Positions 46,479 through 60,127 of a DNA stretch of 64,000 nucleotides are shown here, in pieces. The stretch spans positions 6,144,001 to 6,208,000 of the forward strand of contig CM000151.3 in NCBI GenBank assembly GCA_000004695.1, given 5' to 3'. The stretch is from Dictyostelium discoideum (taxonomy: Eukaryota). The translations under genes were made by a program, and so were the position numbers. Position 1 is the first letter of the stretch. Every line of letters starts with the position of its first letter. The notes below the pieces were generated by a model. It was not told the origin of the DNA and ran no database searches. It worked only from the letters and a program-made list of their open reading frames with translations.

Positions 46479-47113
46479 AAATAAAAATTTAAAAATTAAA
46501 AATTAAAAAAATTAAAAATAAAATAAAAAAAAAAATAAAAAATAAATTAAATTTTAAAAATTAAAAAAAAAAAAAAAAAAAAAACACATAAATCAAGATT
46601 TATGTGTTTAAATTCAAAACCAAACATTTTTAATAATAATAAAAAAAAAAAATAATAAAAAAATGACGATAAAAATTATAGATGTGAAAATTTTGGTTCG
46701 AATGTGTGGTGGTAAAAATTGGGAGGTTTGAAAAAATTGGAAAATTATTATTAATCTTTGCCCTAAAAAAAAAAAAATAATAAAAATAAAAAAACTATTT
46801 ATTTCCTTTTTAATTAATGTTGTCAAAAAATATAAAATTGTTATTTATTTTGGAAGAAATTTGTGTTTAATTAATTTCAAAAAATAAAGTTTTTTTGAAA
46901 GGTTTATTTTATTTAGATCTATCATTTTTATTTTATTTTATGGTTTTTTTTTTTTTCCTTCAATTATTAATCTATTTTAATAAAAATAACATTTTAACTT
47001 TTTTTTAAAAATATTGATTAATTAATATGTTAAGTAATAGAGAATGTTTTAGTAATTTTAAGAAAAAAAAAAAAAATTTGGAAAAAAAAAAAAAAATAAA
47101 AAGGTTGGTAGTT

Positions 47114-47150
<37 letters not shown>

Positions 47151-47274
47151 CTATATATATACACAATAAAATAATGATTATTATTTTTGAAATTTTTTAA
47201 TTTTTTAGAGTTATTTGGATTTGTTGTTTTGTTTGTTTCTTGTTCTCTACTTGTTTTTTTTTTTTTTTTTCATT

Positions 47275-49613
47275 TTACATAATTTGACAATCCATTGAAT
47301 TATTTGAACCAGCTCTGGCAACATCAGCTTGTTTTAATATTTTTTTAACATTTTTATGAGCGACATCTAAAGGACATAAACCATCACGAGCTCTAGCTTT
47401 TATATCGGCATTATGATTGAGCAAACATTCGACAACACTGACATGACCTTCGGAGGAAGCTTTATGAAGTGGAGTTGAACCATTTCTATCGGTGACTTGA
47501 GTGTTTGCTTTGTATTTGAGTAATAATTCAACGATATCAACATGACCTCTATGACAAGCTGTATAGAGTGGAGTTGCACCACATCTCATACCCGATCTAA
47601 TTTTCGCTTCGACATTTGCACGATTCTCCAATAAAAGATTGACGATTTCAGTGTAACCCTCTTGTGCTGATATATAGAGTGGTGTTGCACCATGGTTCTT
47701 TGTGGTACCTTCAATATTTGCCTTGTACTCTAATAAACACTCTACCACTTTATAATGACCTCTATGGGCTGCTGAATAGAGTGGAGTGATACCATTCTTA
47801 TTGATAGCTTCCATGTTGGCATTATGTTCCAATAGACAACGTACCACCTCTGTATGACCATTGTGAGCCGCTGAATTCAATGGAGTAACGCCATTGATAT
47901 TGGTTGCCTCAATGTTTGCACCATGAGTAATCAATAGCTCCACCACTCTAACATGACCTTTTTGTGCGGCCGTATGTAAAGGTGTTGAACCATTCTTATT
48001 TTTACATTCAATCTTTGCATTTGCCAATATCAAAGATTCGGCTGCTTCAACATGACCTTTTCCGCATGCCATATGTAATGCTGTGAAGCCTGAACGTGTA
48101 TTGGTTTCAATGTCTGCACCATTTCTTAACAAACATTCAATCACTGAACGATGTCCTTTATATGATGCTTTTAATAAAAATTTATTTCTCTTTTTTAATG
48201 ATATACCATTTGATTCACTAATTATTGGTGATGATGTATTACCAACATCAATATCTTCCATTTCTAAATCAACTTCATTATTATTATCATTATTATTATT
48301 ATTATTATTACGACGTTGTTGTTGATGATGATGATGATGGTGGTGATGATGATGATTATTTTGTTGTTCTTGTTCTTGTTCTTGCTCTTGTTGTTCATTA
48401 TTATTGTTATTATTTTCATCTTCCTCTTCTTCTTCACTATCTTCTTCATTTTCTTCATTGTTATTAATATTTACATTTTGTTGTGGTTGTGGTGGTGGTT
48501 GTTGTGGTTGTTGTGGGTAGTCATCTAAAACTTGATTTATTTGAATTATTGGAACATTTATATTAATATTTGTATTATTATTAGTATTATTAACATTATT
48601 TAAATGTAATAATGCTGGTGAAACAACATTTGATCTTTTGCTGTCAAATGATCTTTGTAAAATTTGGTCGTGACCATTTTCACATGCCCATAGTAATTTT
48701 AAATCTGAATCTTTTTCTCCAAATTCTCTTAATTTTAATAAATTTTTTATAACTGTTCCTTTCCAAAACTAAAAATAATAAATAAATAAAAAAAATATAT
48801 TAATATTTTCATTTTCAAAAAAGGTGCTTTTATAAATAATAATAATAATATAATATTTACAATTTCATTTTTTGCACTTTCACCAAAAATAGATTTATTT
48901 AAATTATTCCAAAGTTGTTCATCATCAACCATAGATTTCCAATATTTAGAGACTGTACATGTTTTTGAAAGGTCTACTGCGTCTGAAAATGATAAAATGT
49001 GCATTCTAATTTCAATTGGTAAATCAAAAAAGTTAAAACCACTATCATTATTATTGTTGTTGTTATTATTATTAATATTATTATTGTTACTTATATATTC
49101 TTCATCTCCGCTATCTGTATTATTAATATTATTACTATTATTATTATTTGAATATCCATCATAACAATCATCATATTCTTCACTTATGCTACTATCCTCA
49201 TTATCTGCAATACAAAGTTTCTCTATATTTAAAATATTATTATCATCTCCATTACTATTATTAAGACTACTACTTAAAATATTACCAGAACTATTGTTGT
49301 TATTATTGTTATTATTACTATTATTACTACTACTGCTATTCTTTTTTATACTAAGAAAATTTGAAAATTTTGATGTAAAATTTGAAAAAGTTGGTGATGT
49401 TGGAGAGCTAGTTGATTTCTTTTTACTATTTGAAAAATTATTACTTGTTAAACGAGAATAAAGACGATTACTACTACTATTATTATTATTATTATTGTTA
49501 TTACTATTTGTATTGCTTAGGCCAATTCTAGGTGGAGTAGCTAAAATTTCAACTGGAATGGATGGTGATGATGGTGATGAAGAAGATGAAGGTGGGCTTA
49601 TCGAATCTCTCAT
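47275..49613 (-). CDS. F-box and ankyrin-repeat protein, 748 aa, 2 exons
   Basis: Exons on the minus strand are 49613..48861 and 48768..47275. The intron 48769..48860 has a GTAAAT donor and a TTTTTAG acceptor. The F-box reads DLPIEIRMHILSFSDAVDLSKTCTVSKYWKSMV. There are at least eight ANK repeats (G.TPLH.AA..GH..VV..LL) and an internal His10 run. Confidence 0.75.
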
Positions 49614-51011
49614 AATTGTTTTCCTTTTTCTTTCTTTATTAACTTCCCTTTTTTTCTCTTTATCTTTTTTTTTTATTATTATTATTATTTCTTTTTTTTT
49701 TTTTTTTATGTGGGTTTTTTTTTTTTTCTTTTTTTTTATAAAAAAAAAAAAAAAATGTTCTGAATTAATAAATTAATTGAAAAAAAAAGGTATTAAAAAA
49801 AAAAAAAATAAAAAAAAGCAAAAAAAAAAAAGGAATTGGTTATTTTATTTATTAATTATTATTTATTATTTATTAATTATTTATTTTTTATTATTTATAA
49901 TTTATTATTTATTATTTAACACCTTAATTTAGCTTTTTTTTTTTTTTTGAAAAAAAAAAAAAATAAAATAAAAAAAGAAATTAAAAAAAAAAAAAAATTA
50001 AAAAAAAAATAAAAAATTAATGTACAAAATGATTGAAACAATATTAAAAAAAATATTTATTATTAAAGTGGTAGTCTATTTATTATTATTATTAATTTTA
50101 TTTGTTTTCAATAATTTACTTTATTTATACATATATATTTGGAAAGAGGTTAAAAAAAAAAAAAAACCCACATGTACGCACACGTTTTTTTGTTTCTTTT
50201 TTTTTATTATTTTTTTATTATTTTTTTTATTTTATTTTTTTTATTTTTTTATTTTTTTTTAATTACATACACAAACAATAAGAAGTTTAATAACAATGGG
50301 TGAATGTGGGGTATTTGAGATTTAAATTTTTTTTTTTTTTTTTTTTTTTTTTAAATAATAATATATTTCTTTTTATAAAAAAAAAATAAAAAAAAATAAC
50401 TTATAATACTATTTTATTTTATTGTTTTTTTAATAAATAAATAAATAAATAAAAATTTTTTACGAATAAACCTTTTTTTTTTTTTTTTTTTTATGTTTTT
50501 TTGTGAAAAATAAAAAAAATAAAAATTAAAAAAAAAAAAAAATTTAAATTAAAAAAAAATAAAATAAAAATGTACTGGTCAAAATTTTTGGATTGTAATT
50601 TTTATTTTTTAATTTTATTTTTAGGTTTCGGTTTTTAGTGTACAATCGCTCAAGCAGTGACCAACACACGCAATAGCCCACATCACAAATGTAACAGTTC
50701 CCACCCACCCTCCCATTAATTTGATGTATGAAAAAAATAACCTTCCATTTAATAACAGTTTTCATACACACTTAAAAGGTACCTATGAGACAATATATTA
50801 CTATTAATAATAATAATAATCAATGATACACTAAATACAATCCTTTCGAATCAATCAAACCCAATCAAGATAATAAAAAAAATAATAATAATAAAAATAA
50901 CTTTGATAATAACAATTAGAGGTTGTAATAATGTTAGTAAAGATAATATAATTCAGATTTAAAAGAAAATTTTAAAAAACCAATCATATCATTTTTTGGA
51001 TACTGGTAGCG

Positions 51012-51057
<46 letters not shown>

Positions 51058-51165
51058 AAAAAGTGTCAATCTGTCAAAAATAAAATTAAATAATAAAATA
51101 ACCCAGAGAAATAGAAAATAAAAAAAATAAAACATTTGTAAATAAAAAATATTATCAATTTAATA

Positions 51166-51228
<63 letters not shown>

Positions 51229-51574
51229 ATAATTGTGATCGATTACAAGATAGAGTTAAAAACAAGATTTAAATTCATTTTAAGATTTGAATAAATAAGT
51301 TTATGTTTTTTTAAGTGTTTTATTTATACTAAAATTAATTTTTGGGACAAAATTTAATGAAAATTTATTCTCAATCTTAAAATTATTTTGATTGACAATT
51401 AAAAAACAGACTGTTTCTCCCTATATTATCTCTTTTTCAATTAATTTTTTTTGTTTTGTTTTGGTGGTGTGGTGAAACAAAATTTATTATTGTTATTTTT
51501 TTTTTCATAATAATTATTATTACAATTCGATTATATCAGAAATTTTATTTATTTGTTTATTTAGTTATTTATTA

Positions 51575-51711
51575 TTATAAAAGATTTTTTTCACTTAATG
51601 ATTGATTAATAATTTGATGATAAATATCAGATATTGGTTCATTTAATACTAAATTTGAAATATATCTTGAACATTCATTTCTTATTTCATTTATCATATA
51701 TTGATCCTAGG

Positions 51712-51772
<61 letters not shown>

Positions 51773-52912
51773 ATTTTAATTTTATAATTAAAATTAATTT
51801 TTAAATAATATATATATATATACATACAGAAATTAATAATAATTCTAAAATATTTAAATCATCAAAAATTAAATTACCAGTATAAAGGAATTGAATTATT
51901 GCAAGGAAACAATTATAAGAACAATTATTAATTTTTATAATATCTAAAGTACTTTCAATCATTCCATTTGTAATTAATGCTCTAAATCCTTCATTCCTTG
52001 AAACTAATATACATTTATGGGCATTAATAATTCTATTTTCAACTAAAAATTTAATATCTGAAAATGATGTCCTATTTTCAAATAATTGATTAAAAATTGA
52101 ATTATTATTAATATTATTATTATTTTGAGTTAATTGATAATAAAATAAATCATTTTCATTATAATCAGATTGACCACCAAAAATGTAAAAACTATTTGAG
52201 TAAATGAAACAAGTTGAATATTGACGTGGTGAAGGTCTATCTACTAATTTAATTTCTCTCCATGTAAGAGTTGAAGGATTGAATTCATGTAATGAATTAC
52301 TGACAACTTTATTCCTACCGCCAAAAAGGTAGATTTTGTTATCGAATACTGCACTTGTGCCACACCTGACGATTACATGATTTCCATTATTATTATTACA
52401 TGGCACTATACTCCATAGATTGGTAATTAAATCAAATTCAAACATATCAGTTGGACAAACTGCACCGTCGTAGCCGCCCAATACATATAGTTTATCATTT
52501 ATAATTGAACATGTGTGATATTGTCTACCACGTGGTACTTGTGATGGTATTGTATTCTTTACTGTAACACGTGACCATAGTTTACTCTTAAAATTATAGA
52601 ATAAAATAGTTGGATAAAATGTAATCGATTGACCCATACCTCCAAATATCACCATATTATCATTATAGACAACTGCCGAATGTCCCCATCTTTTCTCTGG
52701 TACAAATGTTGATTCTCTAGGTGGACTTATTAATTTCCATTCATCTGTACAAGTATTGTATTCATATAAATCATTAAAAACATTTGGTTCACTTTCATTT
52801 AACCCAATACCAATTCCACCAAATATATAAATACATTCACCATATGCTACCATACTATATGAATGTCTTGCTGTTATTATATTTTTTTTATCATCAATTG
52901 ATGATGAATACA

Positions 52913-52987
<75 letters not shown>

Positions 52988-53240
52988 GAAATTTTTTCTT
53001 TTCATTTTTTAAAATTCTAAACCATTGGTTTAATTTAAGATCAAATCTAAAGAAATCATCTAAATGAGTACCCTTTACACCATATCCACCATACATAAAG
53101 AGTGAATCACCAATTACTACTGATGAATGAGCATGACGTGGTGCTGGAACTCTACCACATGCATACGCTTTATTCCAATAATTTTTTAAATCATTTGAAT
53201 TACATATTATTTGATCTTTAACATTAATTATTTCATCCAT
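51575..53240 (-). CDS. Kelch-repeat/BTB-domain protein, 514 aa, 2 exons
   Basis: Exons on the minus strand are 53240..51828 and 51706..51575. The intron has a GTATGT donor and a CCTAG acceptor. Kelch blades carry GG doublets (YGGYG, FGGIG, FGGMG, LGGYDG, FGGRN, FGGQSD). The BTB C-terminal part spans the intron (...NILELLLIS | DQYMINEIRNEC...). An (ATC/ATG)n array at 52905-52990 encodes a poly-Ser run. Confidence 0.75.
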
Positions 53241-53620
53241 TTGCGCATGTGTATGTATATTTATGAAAAAAAAAAAAAATAAAAAAAAAAATATGAAAAT
53301 AGGTTTGATGGGTATAGTAGTTTTTTTTTAAACCACCAAAATAAAAATATCTTTTATTTTTTTTTGAATTTTATTTTTTGATTTTTTTTTTTTGAATTTT
53401 TTTTTTTTTTTTTTTTTTTTTTTGGTTAAGGGTTAAACCTTTCCAAAAATTGATAGGTTTTGGTTAAATTATAATGATCAATATCAAATAAAAAAAATAA
53501 AATAAAAATTATCTAAACATTTTTTTAAAATATTTAATAAAACAAGTTTTTTTTATTTATTTATTTTTTTTTTTATTTTTTTTTTTTTTTATATATTTTT
53601 TTTTTTTTTTTTTTAATGAT

Positions 53621-56600
53621 TTAAATTACAAAATCAAGTTCATATCTTTGATATTTATTATCATTTTCATCTAAAGTTCTTGGATAACATGGTGTTAAAG
53701 CATCTTGAGAACTAATATAAAGCATATTATAAAGTTTCCAATAAATATTTCTAACTTTACGAGATGGATGGAATAAACCTTGAAGGGTATATTGAAGAAT
53801 AGTATTTGGACCTAAAGCAAAACGTAAACCTTCAACGGCCTCTAAGAAAGCGTTGATAACATGTGGAGAAGTTTCGAAAACATTTGGCCAAACGTAATTG
53901 AGTAAATGAGTGAGTGAATCTTCACAACCTAAACCCATTACACCCAATGAAATATGTTTAATTGCAGAGCAAGCGGTTTGACGATGTACAGCATCTCTAT
54001 CCATGAGTGCATCTTCGAGTAGGGTAGTTACGGCGTAAATATAGTCTTTACCCATTTCGCCAATATATTCAAAGAGGAAAGATAAAGATTTCAAAACACC
54101 ATTTTGAACATTCAACTCTGGAATACGATATTCATTGATTAGACCTGGTAAAACGGTATAAGGTGCACAAGTTTCCGCAACAATGGCAATGGCAACGGTT
54201 GTACAAACTCTGTTTTGACGATCTTGAACTTTCAAATTGTTTAATAGGGTTGCCAATACCTCTTGAGGACCAATAGCTTTTGCAATGTAACCAAATGTAT
54301 TTACAGCGGCACGACGAATACCTTTTTTATGAGCTTTCAACATATCTAAAAGTTCGAAACAAATACGCATACCCTCTCTGTCTGAAACGAAATCAGAACC
54401 ACGATCGGCAATACGACCCACCAAATCGATACAATTCTCTTGAACTTTCTCATGACGATTCTTTAAAATTGGTGTTAAACGTGGTAAAAGATCTTTGATG
54501 GGTGGTGTCATCTTAGTCATACCAATTACATTTACAATGGCCTTCAATGCACCTAGGATTGAACCCAATACCTCTGGATACTCTTCACCTAAATATTCAT
54601 AAAGAATTTGACCCAAATGTGACAAGAGTTGCTCTTCACCACAATTCATCATAACCACAGCAATACGTGAGATTAAATCGGCTGCTTGTTGTCTAACCTT
54701 TGCAGATTTATTATTGAGTCTCCATTTAATGGTACCAGCGATTTGTTGAAGATAAGGTTGAATACGAGTATTCAAAGCCAATACAACAGTACCAAAACCT
54801 TGTAACATAATTGAAGTTTCATCGGTGGTTTGTTCTTGGAATGCATAGAGAATACCATCGATTAATCTCTCCTCCAATGTTGGACTAATATCCGATGCAC
54901 CCAATGTTGAAACTATCTTTTCAATTGCCTCCATTACCATTCTTCTATAGGCTTCGGATTCATCTTTAAGATCATCAACAATTCTTTCAATAATTTCACC
55001 ACCACCAACTTTATTTGCAATTTCAAGTGTTGTTTCAACCAATAGTTTATAGTTTCTCTTATCCAATGCCATTCTTCTAACCCAAAATTGTTTGAAAAAC
55101 TCTGGAATAATCTCTTCACGAACATAGGATGATTCAACACCCTCGGTGGCAACACATTGTTTGACAACTTTTAATACGATTTTCTTCATTTCATCTTCAT
55201 TGGTTTTAAATTCACGAACTAAAATAGTCATAACCTCTTTGGTGTAATAGCTTGCATATGAAGATTCCATCAATGGGATGATATAACCAATTGCTTTTAA
55301 AAATGCTGCTAAACCTTTTTCACGATATTGACGAATACCATACCAAAGTGGTTTCAAAACACTATCAAATGACTCTATACCATAGGGGGTTGCTGCCTCT
55401 GCCAATGCAGAGATTGCCAATGCTGTTATGGTACGTACCTTTGGTTGTTCATCGGTTAAACCATGTTCAACAATGACTACAAGATTCTTTAAATGTGGTA
55501 AAATGGCACAACCCATTAGAATGGCAATTTGTTGAACAATCTTTATACCAGTGTGACGTGCTTGCCATGATTTTTTACTCTTACATACCGCCTTGAGGAA
55601 TGGCATCAATGATGGAATACCCAATGCAGATGCAACCACAGCAAATGCCCTTGCGGTTGTATTACGAATATCTTCCTCTGGACTATCGATATCAGGTCTC
55701 ATTGTTGATGTCATACTTGCCAAACCAGCGGCTTTTGAAAGATTTGATATGATTTCTCTTGCCTCAACACGAGCATAATAATTCTGATCAATTAAAAATG
55801 GTTCAATAACTGATAGAATCTTTCTAACATATGGTCTGACCAAGTCATCCAATTTGTAGAGAATACGATCGATCACCTTTACCAATAAATGTCTCTCTTG
55901 GTCCTCCAATGAGGTGGAGGTGAATAATGGTAATATCTGATTGAACAATGGTGCCGGTCCAAATTCTCTTGCTTTATCAGTCAATTGTCTTAAAGCTTGT
56001 TTACGCATTGGTGGTGTACCATTCTTAATTCTTAATAATAGTTTCATAATTCTTCTCTCCTTTTGCTCCTCTGGTGAGAGATGTTCATCATTATCACCAC
56101 CCTCTTGTAAAATCTTTTCAAAGTAAACCTTATCCTCTGGTTTAATTGTGATACCATCGGGTGCATCAATGATACCAAAATCTTGACCCCTACTTTGCTC
56201 CTCCTGTATGAAAAATCCACCACTTGTACCTGCAGCACCAATTGGTGTGCTTGCTGTAAGTTTTTTACTTGCTATAACTGGTTGATAATTTGCTGGTGGT
56301 TGTAAAATTTCGTATCCTTCCGATGGTAATATATTATCCAATTCCTCATCTGTCCATGGTCTATTTCTTTCGTCAATCTCTTTTTGTAATTGTGCTTGAT
56401 ATGGATCTGGTGTTTGCATTAATATATTTTTATTATTATTACTACCACCATTGCTATTGCTGTTGTTGTTATTATTACTATTATATACTGGTGTAACACC
56501 ACCATCCATCATATTATTAAAAATTGGTGTTACACCACCATTACTCATTGCATTATAATTTGGTGTAACTCCACCACTCAATCCTCCACTATTTATATTT

Positions 56601-56752
56601 ATTGGTGTTTCATCCCATCTTGATCTTCTTTTTGGTGTTTCCTCTACACCTGTACTTGGTTTACTTACTGGTGTTTCATCCCACCTATTTCTTCTTGGTG
56701 TTGCTTCAACAACTTTTGCTTTATTTAATGTTGTGTCATCCCATTCTGACAT
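53621..56752 (-). CDS. sf3b1: splicing factor 3B subunit 1 (SF3B1/SAP155), 1043 aa in the main exon
   Basis: It is collinear with human SF3B1, with more than 70% identity across the HEAT-repeat region (e.g. [37 protein letters not shown] is identical). N-terminal RWDETP repeats are present. A 5' micro-exon may exist at 56885..56891 (see findings). Confidence 0.9.
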   Translation of the reverse strand: MSEWDDTTLNKAKVVEATPRRNRWDETPVSKPSTGVEETPKRRSRWDETPININSGGLSGGVTPNYNAMSNGGVTPIFNNMMDGGVTPVYNSNNNNNSNSNGGSNNNKNILMQTPDPYQAQLQKEIDERNRPWTDEELDNILPSEGYEILQPPANYQPVIASKKLTASTPIGAAGTSGGFFIQEEQSRGQDFGIIDAPDGITIKPEDKVYFEKILQEGGDNDEHLSPEEQKERRIMKLLLRIKNGTPPMRKQALRQLTDKAREFGPAPLFNQILPLFTSTSLEDQERHLLVKVIDRILYKLDDLVRPYVRKILSVIEPFLIDQNYYARVEAREIISNLSKAAGLASMTSTMRPDIDSPEEDIRNTTARAFAVVASALGIPSLMPFLKAVCKSKKSWQARHTGIKIVQQIAILMGCAILPHLKNLVVIVEHGLTDEQPKVRTITALAISALAEAATPYGIESFDSVLKPLWYGIRQYREKGLAAFLKAIGYIIPLMESSYASYYTKEVMTILVREFKTNEDEMKKIVLKVVKQCVATEGVESSYVREEIIPEFFKQFWVRRMALDKRNYKLLVETTLEIANKVGGGEIIERIVDDLKDESEAYRRMVMEAIEKIVSTLGASDISPTLEERLIDGILYAFQEQTTDETSIMLQGFGTVVLALNTRIQPYLQQIAGTIKWRLNNKSAKVRQQAADLISRIAVVMMNCGEEQLLSHLGQILYEYLGEEYPEVLGSILGALKAIVNVIGMTKMTPPIKDLLPRLTPILKNRHEKVQENCIDLVGRIADRGSDFVSDREGMRICFELLDMLKAHKKGIRRAAVNTFGYIAKAIGPQEVLATLLNNLKVQDRQNRVCTTVAIAIVAETCAPYTVLPGLINEYRIPELNVQNGVLKSLSFLFEYIGEMGKDYIYAVTTLLEDALMDRDAVHRQTACSAIKHISLGVMGLGCEDSLTHLLNYVWPNVFETSPHVINAFLEAVEGLRFALGPNTILQYTLQGLFHPSRKVRNIYWKLYNMLYISSQDALTPCYPRTLDENDNKYQRYELDFVI

Positions 56753-57275
56753 TGTTTGATCTTGTTGATCTATTTATTATTATAATTATTATTATTATTT
56801 TATTTTTAATAATTATAAAATAAATGAAAATGTTTAGTATCTTTATTAATAAATTATAAATGAATTTAAGTTGTTTTTACTTACCTGACATTCTGTATGT
56901 GTGTGTGTGTGTGTATCTATATTTTGTTTTTGTTTTTTTTTTTTTTATATTATATTATATTAAATTTTATCTCTATAATTTCTTTTTATTTGTTGGAATT
57001 GCGGAAATTTATTTTAAAATAAAAAAAATCTGTGAAATATTCTACAATCGAACATGTAATGATAATTTAAAAAAAAAAAATAAAAAATTTATAAAAAAAA
57101 AATTTTTTTTTATTTTTATTTTTTTTTTTTTTTTTATTTTTTTTTTATTTTTTTTTAATTTTTATTTTTTTTAATTTTTTTTTTTTTTTAATTATTATTT
57201 TTTTTTTAATTTTTTTTTTCTCGTTTAAACACAAAAAAAAAAAAAAAAAAAAAAAAGTAAAAAAAAAAGAAAATT

Positions 57276-58401
57276 ATGAAATTAAATAGTAATATTAATA
57301 ATAATATAAATAATAGTAGTAATAGTAATAATAACTTTGATGCAAAGAATATAATAGTTGATACAATAACACCACCTGACCCATCGGTTGAATTTGAAAG
57401 GAAATTAGCGAAATCTATATTTTGTTTAGTTCATTTTATAGTTTATTGCGTTATTATATTTAGAAAAGGTACAATTTTAGATCAAGCATTCAAAGATAAG
57501 GATTATTTTTATTTAATTTGGACACATTGTGTTTTCTTTTTTGCAATTGGAACTTATTTCTTAATTTCAAGTAAAAGACCTGGTTTTGTTTCATTATCAA
57601 ATCAAAATTTAAATAATAATAATAATAATAATGGTAGTAGCAATAAATTTATATTAGAAGATTCAATGGGTTGTATCCCTCAATTAAATATTAATCCAAC
57701 ACCAAATTATAGTAAAATAAGTAATATTAAGAGAAAATTAAAAAATAGTAGTGGTGATATTACTAAAAATCAAGAAAATGAAGATTTAGTGCCATTGATG
57801 GAAATCTCAAAGAATATTGATGAAGATAGCATAAATGACGATACTATAACTACAACCACTACCACTACCACCACCACCAGTACCTCAACAATACCAGAAA
57901 TATCAAATGATGATGATGATAATAATAATGAAAACAATAACGATAATGTAAATAATAGAAATAATAATAATAGTAATGGTGAAAAAGAAGATAATGATAT
58001 TGATAAATTAAAGAATCATTATTTTTGTAAGAAATGTTTAGTTGATATACCATTAAGAACTAAACATTGTGTAAAATGTAATAGATGTGTTTTAAAGTAT
58101 GATCACCATTGCGTATTTATAGGTGGTTGTGTTGGTTTAAATAATCATAAGAATTTTCTATTATTTTTATTGGCGGAATCATTATTACTACTTTTAGGTT
58201 TAAGAATCATTGTCACTGGTTTTGTTAGAGAAAATTCAATTAAAGAATGGATCTTTTCAAATATTGCAATTATTCCACCAACTTTATTAATTTTTGGTGG
58301 TTTATGTATGCCTTTTGCTTTATTCTGTTTTCATAGTTTTTTAATTTTAACAAACCAATCTTCATGGTATGTGCTTATGAATAGATTTTTTTTTAAAATT
58401 G

Positions 58402-58436
<35 letters not shown>

Positions 58437-58685
58437 AATTTAATTAAATTTAATAATAGGGAATTTAATAAGTATCAAAGAATTACATATTTAAAACCAT
58501 TTTCTAAAAGAGGTATTAATCCATTTAATAAAGGTCCATGGAATAATTTAAAAAAGTTTTTAAAAGGTGATGAGAATCCTTCCGATTGGATATTATTATC
58601 AAAATATGAAGTTGACCAAATGAAGAAAAAAGAAGAAAACACTTTTAATATTTGGAATAATAAATATTATTCTTGTTGTGGTTAA
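57276..58685 (+). CDS. DHHC-type protein S-acyltransferase (palmitoyltransferase), 438 aa, 2 exons
   Basis: Exons are 57276..58366 and 58460..58685. The DHHC-CRD reads CKKCLVDIPLRTKHCVKCNRCVLKYDHHCVFIGGCVGLNNHKNF, and transmembrane segments flank it. The 93-nt intron 58367..58459 (GTATGT...AATAATAG) is in-frame and stop-free, so the ORF track reads straight through it. Confidence 0.8.
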
Positions 58686-59909
58686 AATAATAATAATAAT
58701 AATAATAAATAAAACTGTATATATTTATTTATTTTTTAAAATTTTATTTTATTTTTTTTTATTTTTAGTGCACACTTTCACCAAAAATTTTAAATTTTAA
58801 ACAAATGTAAAAAGGAAAAAAAATAAAATAAAATAAAAAATAAAATAAAATAAAAAATAAAATAAAATAATCGTAAATTTCTATAAACACTATAGTCCAT
58901 AATTAAATTTCTATTTTATGGAATTGCTGGTCAATTTTGTACAAAATTCGATTAAAACGTCTTTACACAAAGTCTTTTAGGCCAAAATTAAAAAAAAATA
59001 AAAAAATTATTTTATTTTTAATTATTTTTTTTTTTTTTGAAAAGATTTTTTTTTAATTTTTTTTTTTTTTTTTTAATTTTTTTTTTTTGTTTTTTTTTTT
59101 TTTTTTTTTTAAAAAGTTTTAATGTTGTGGTTTGAGTTTGAAACCTATCATCGATATTTAGATCTTATATAAAATAAAAAAAAAAAAAAATTAAAAAATT
59201 AAAAAATAAAAAAAAAAAAAATAAAGAATAAAGGTGTTTTCTCACCCACCCAATAAAAAAAAAAAATCAAAAAATCTATACAGAGTAAAAAAGTAAAAAA
59301 AAATAAATAAATAAATATAAAACGAACTTATCATTGTGTGTGTGTGGGGTAAACTTATACTCTCACTCACTCGCTCACTCACCACATATATATCTTTTTA
59401 TCCTTATATAGATTTTATATTATTTACATACATTTAATTATATCTTAAAATAATCAAAGTGGGGGTTTATTAACACTTTTTTTTTTACAATTTCATTACT
59501 TTAAAATAGATCATTTTTTTTTTTTTTTTAAAGAGTGAAGGAAATTTAAATTATAGATTATAATGAAAAAGGTAATTTTATTTTATTTATATTATATTAT
59601 TATAATACGAATTTAATTTAATTGTAAAGGGATATGATTTGTATACATAAATCACTTTTTTTTTTTATTATTTCAAAATTTACACTATTATTTTTTTATG
59701 CTTGTAAATTCACAATATAAATAAAAACTAGTTTTTACATTTTTTATTTTTATATCCAGTTTATGTAAATTTATGTAATCATTTTTCAAATTATTAATAT
59801 AATTTTTATTTTTATAACCCAATTAAAAAAAAACAAAAAAAAAAAAAAACAAAAAAAAAAAAAAAAAAAACTACAAATAAATATTTAAAATTTAAAATAT
59901 CAAATAAAT

Positions 59910-60063
59910 ATGATCATTATAGGTGTAAAAAGAAATATAAATAATAGTAATAATAGTAATAGTAATAATAATAGTAATAAAAAAAAAGATAAAATTATGA
60001 GTCATAATAATAATAATACCATCACTGGCAAAAATACAAATGAAATAATGAATAATAATAATA

Positions 60064-60127
<64 letters not shown>

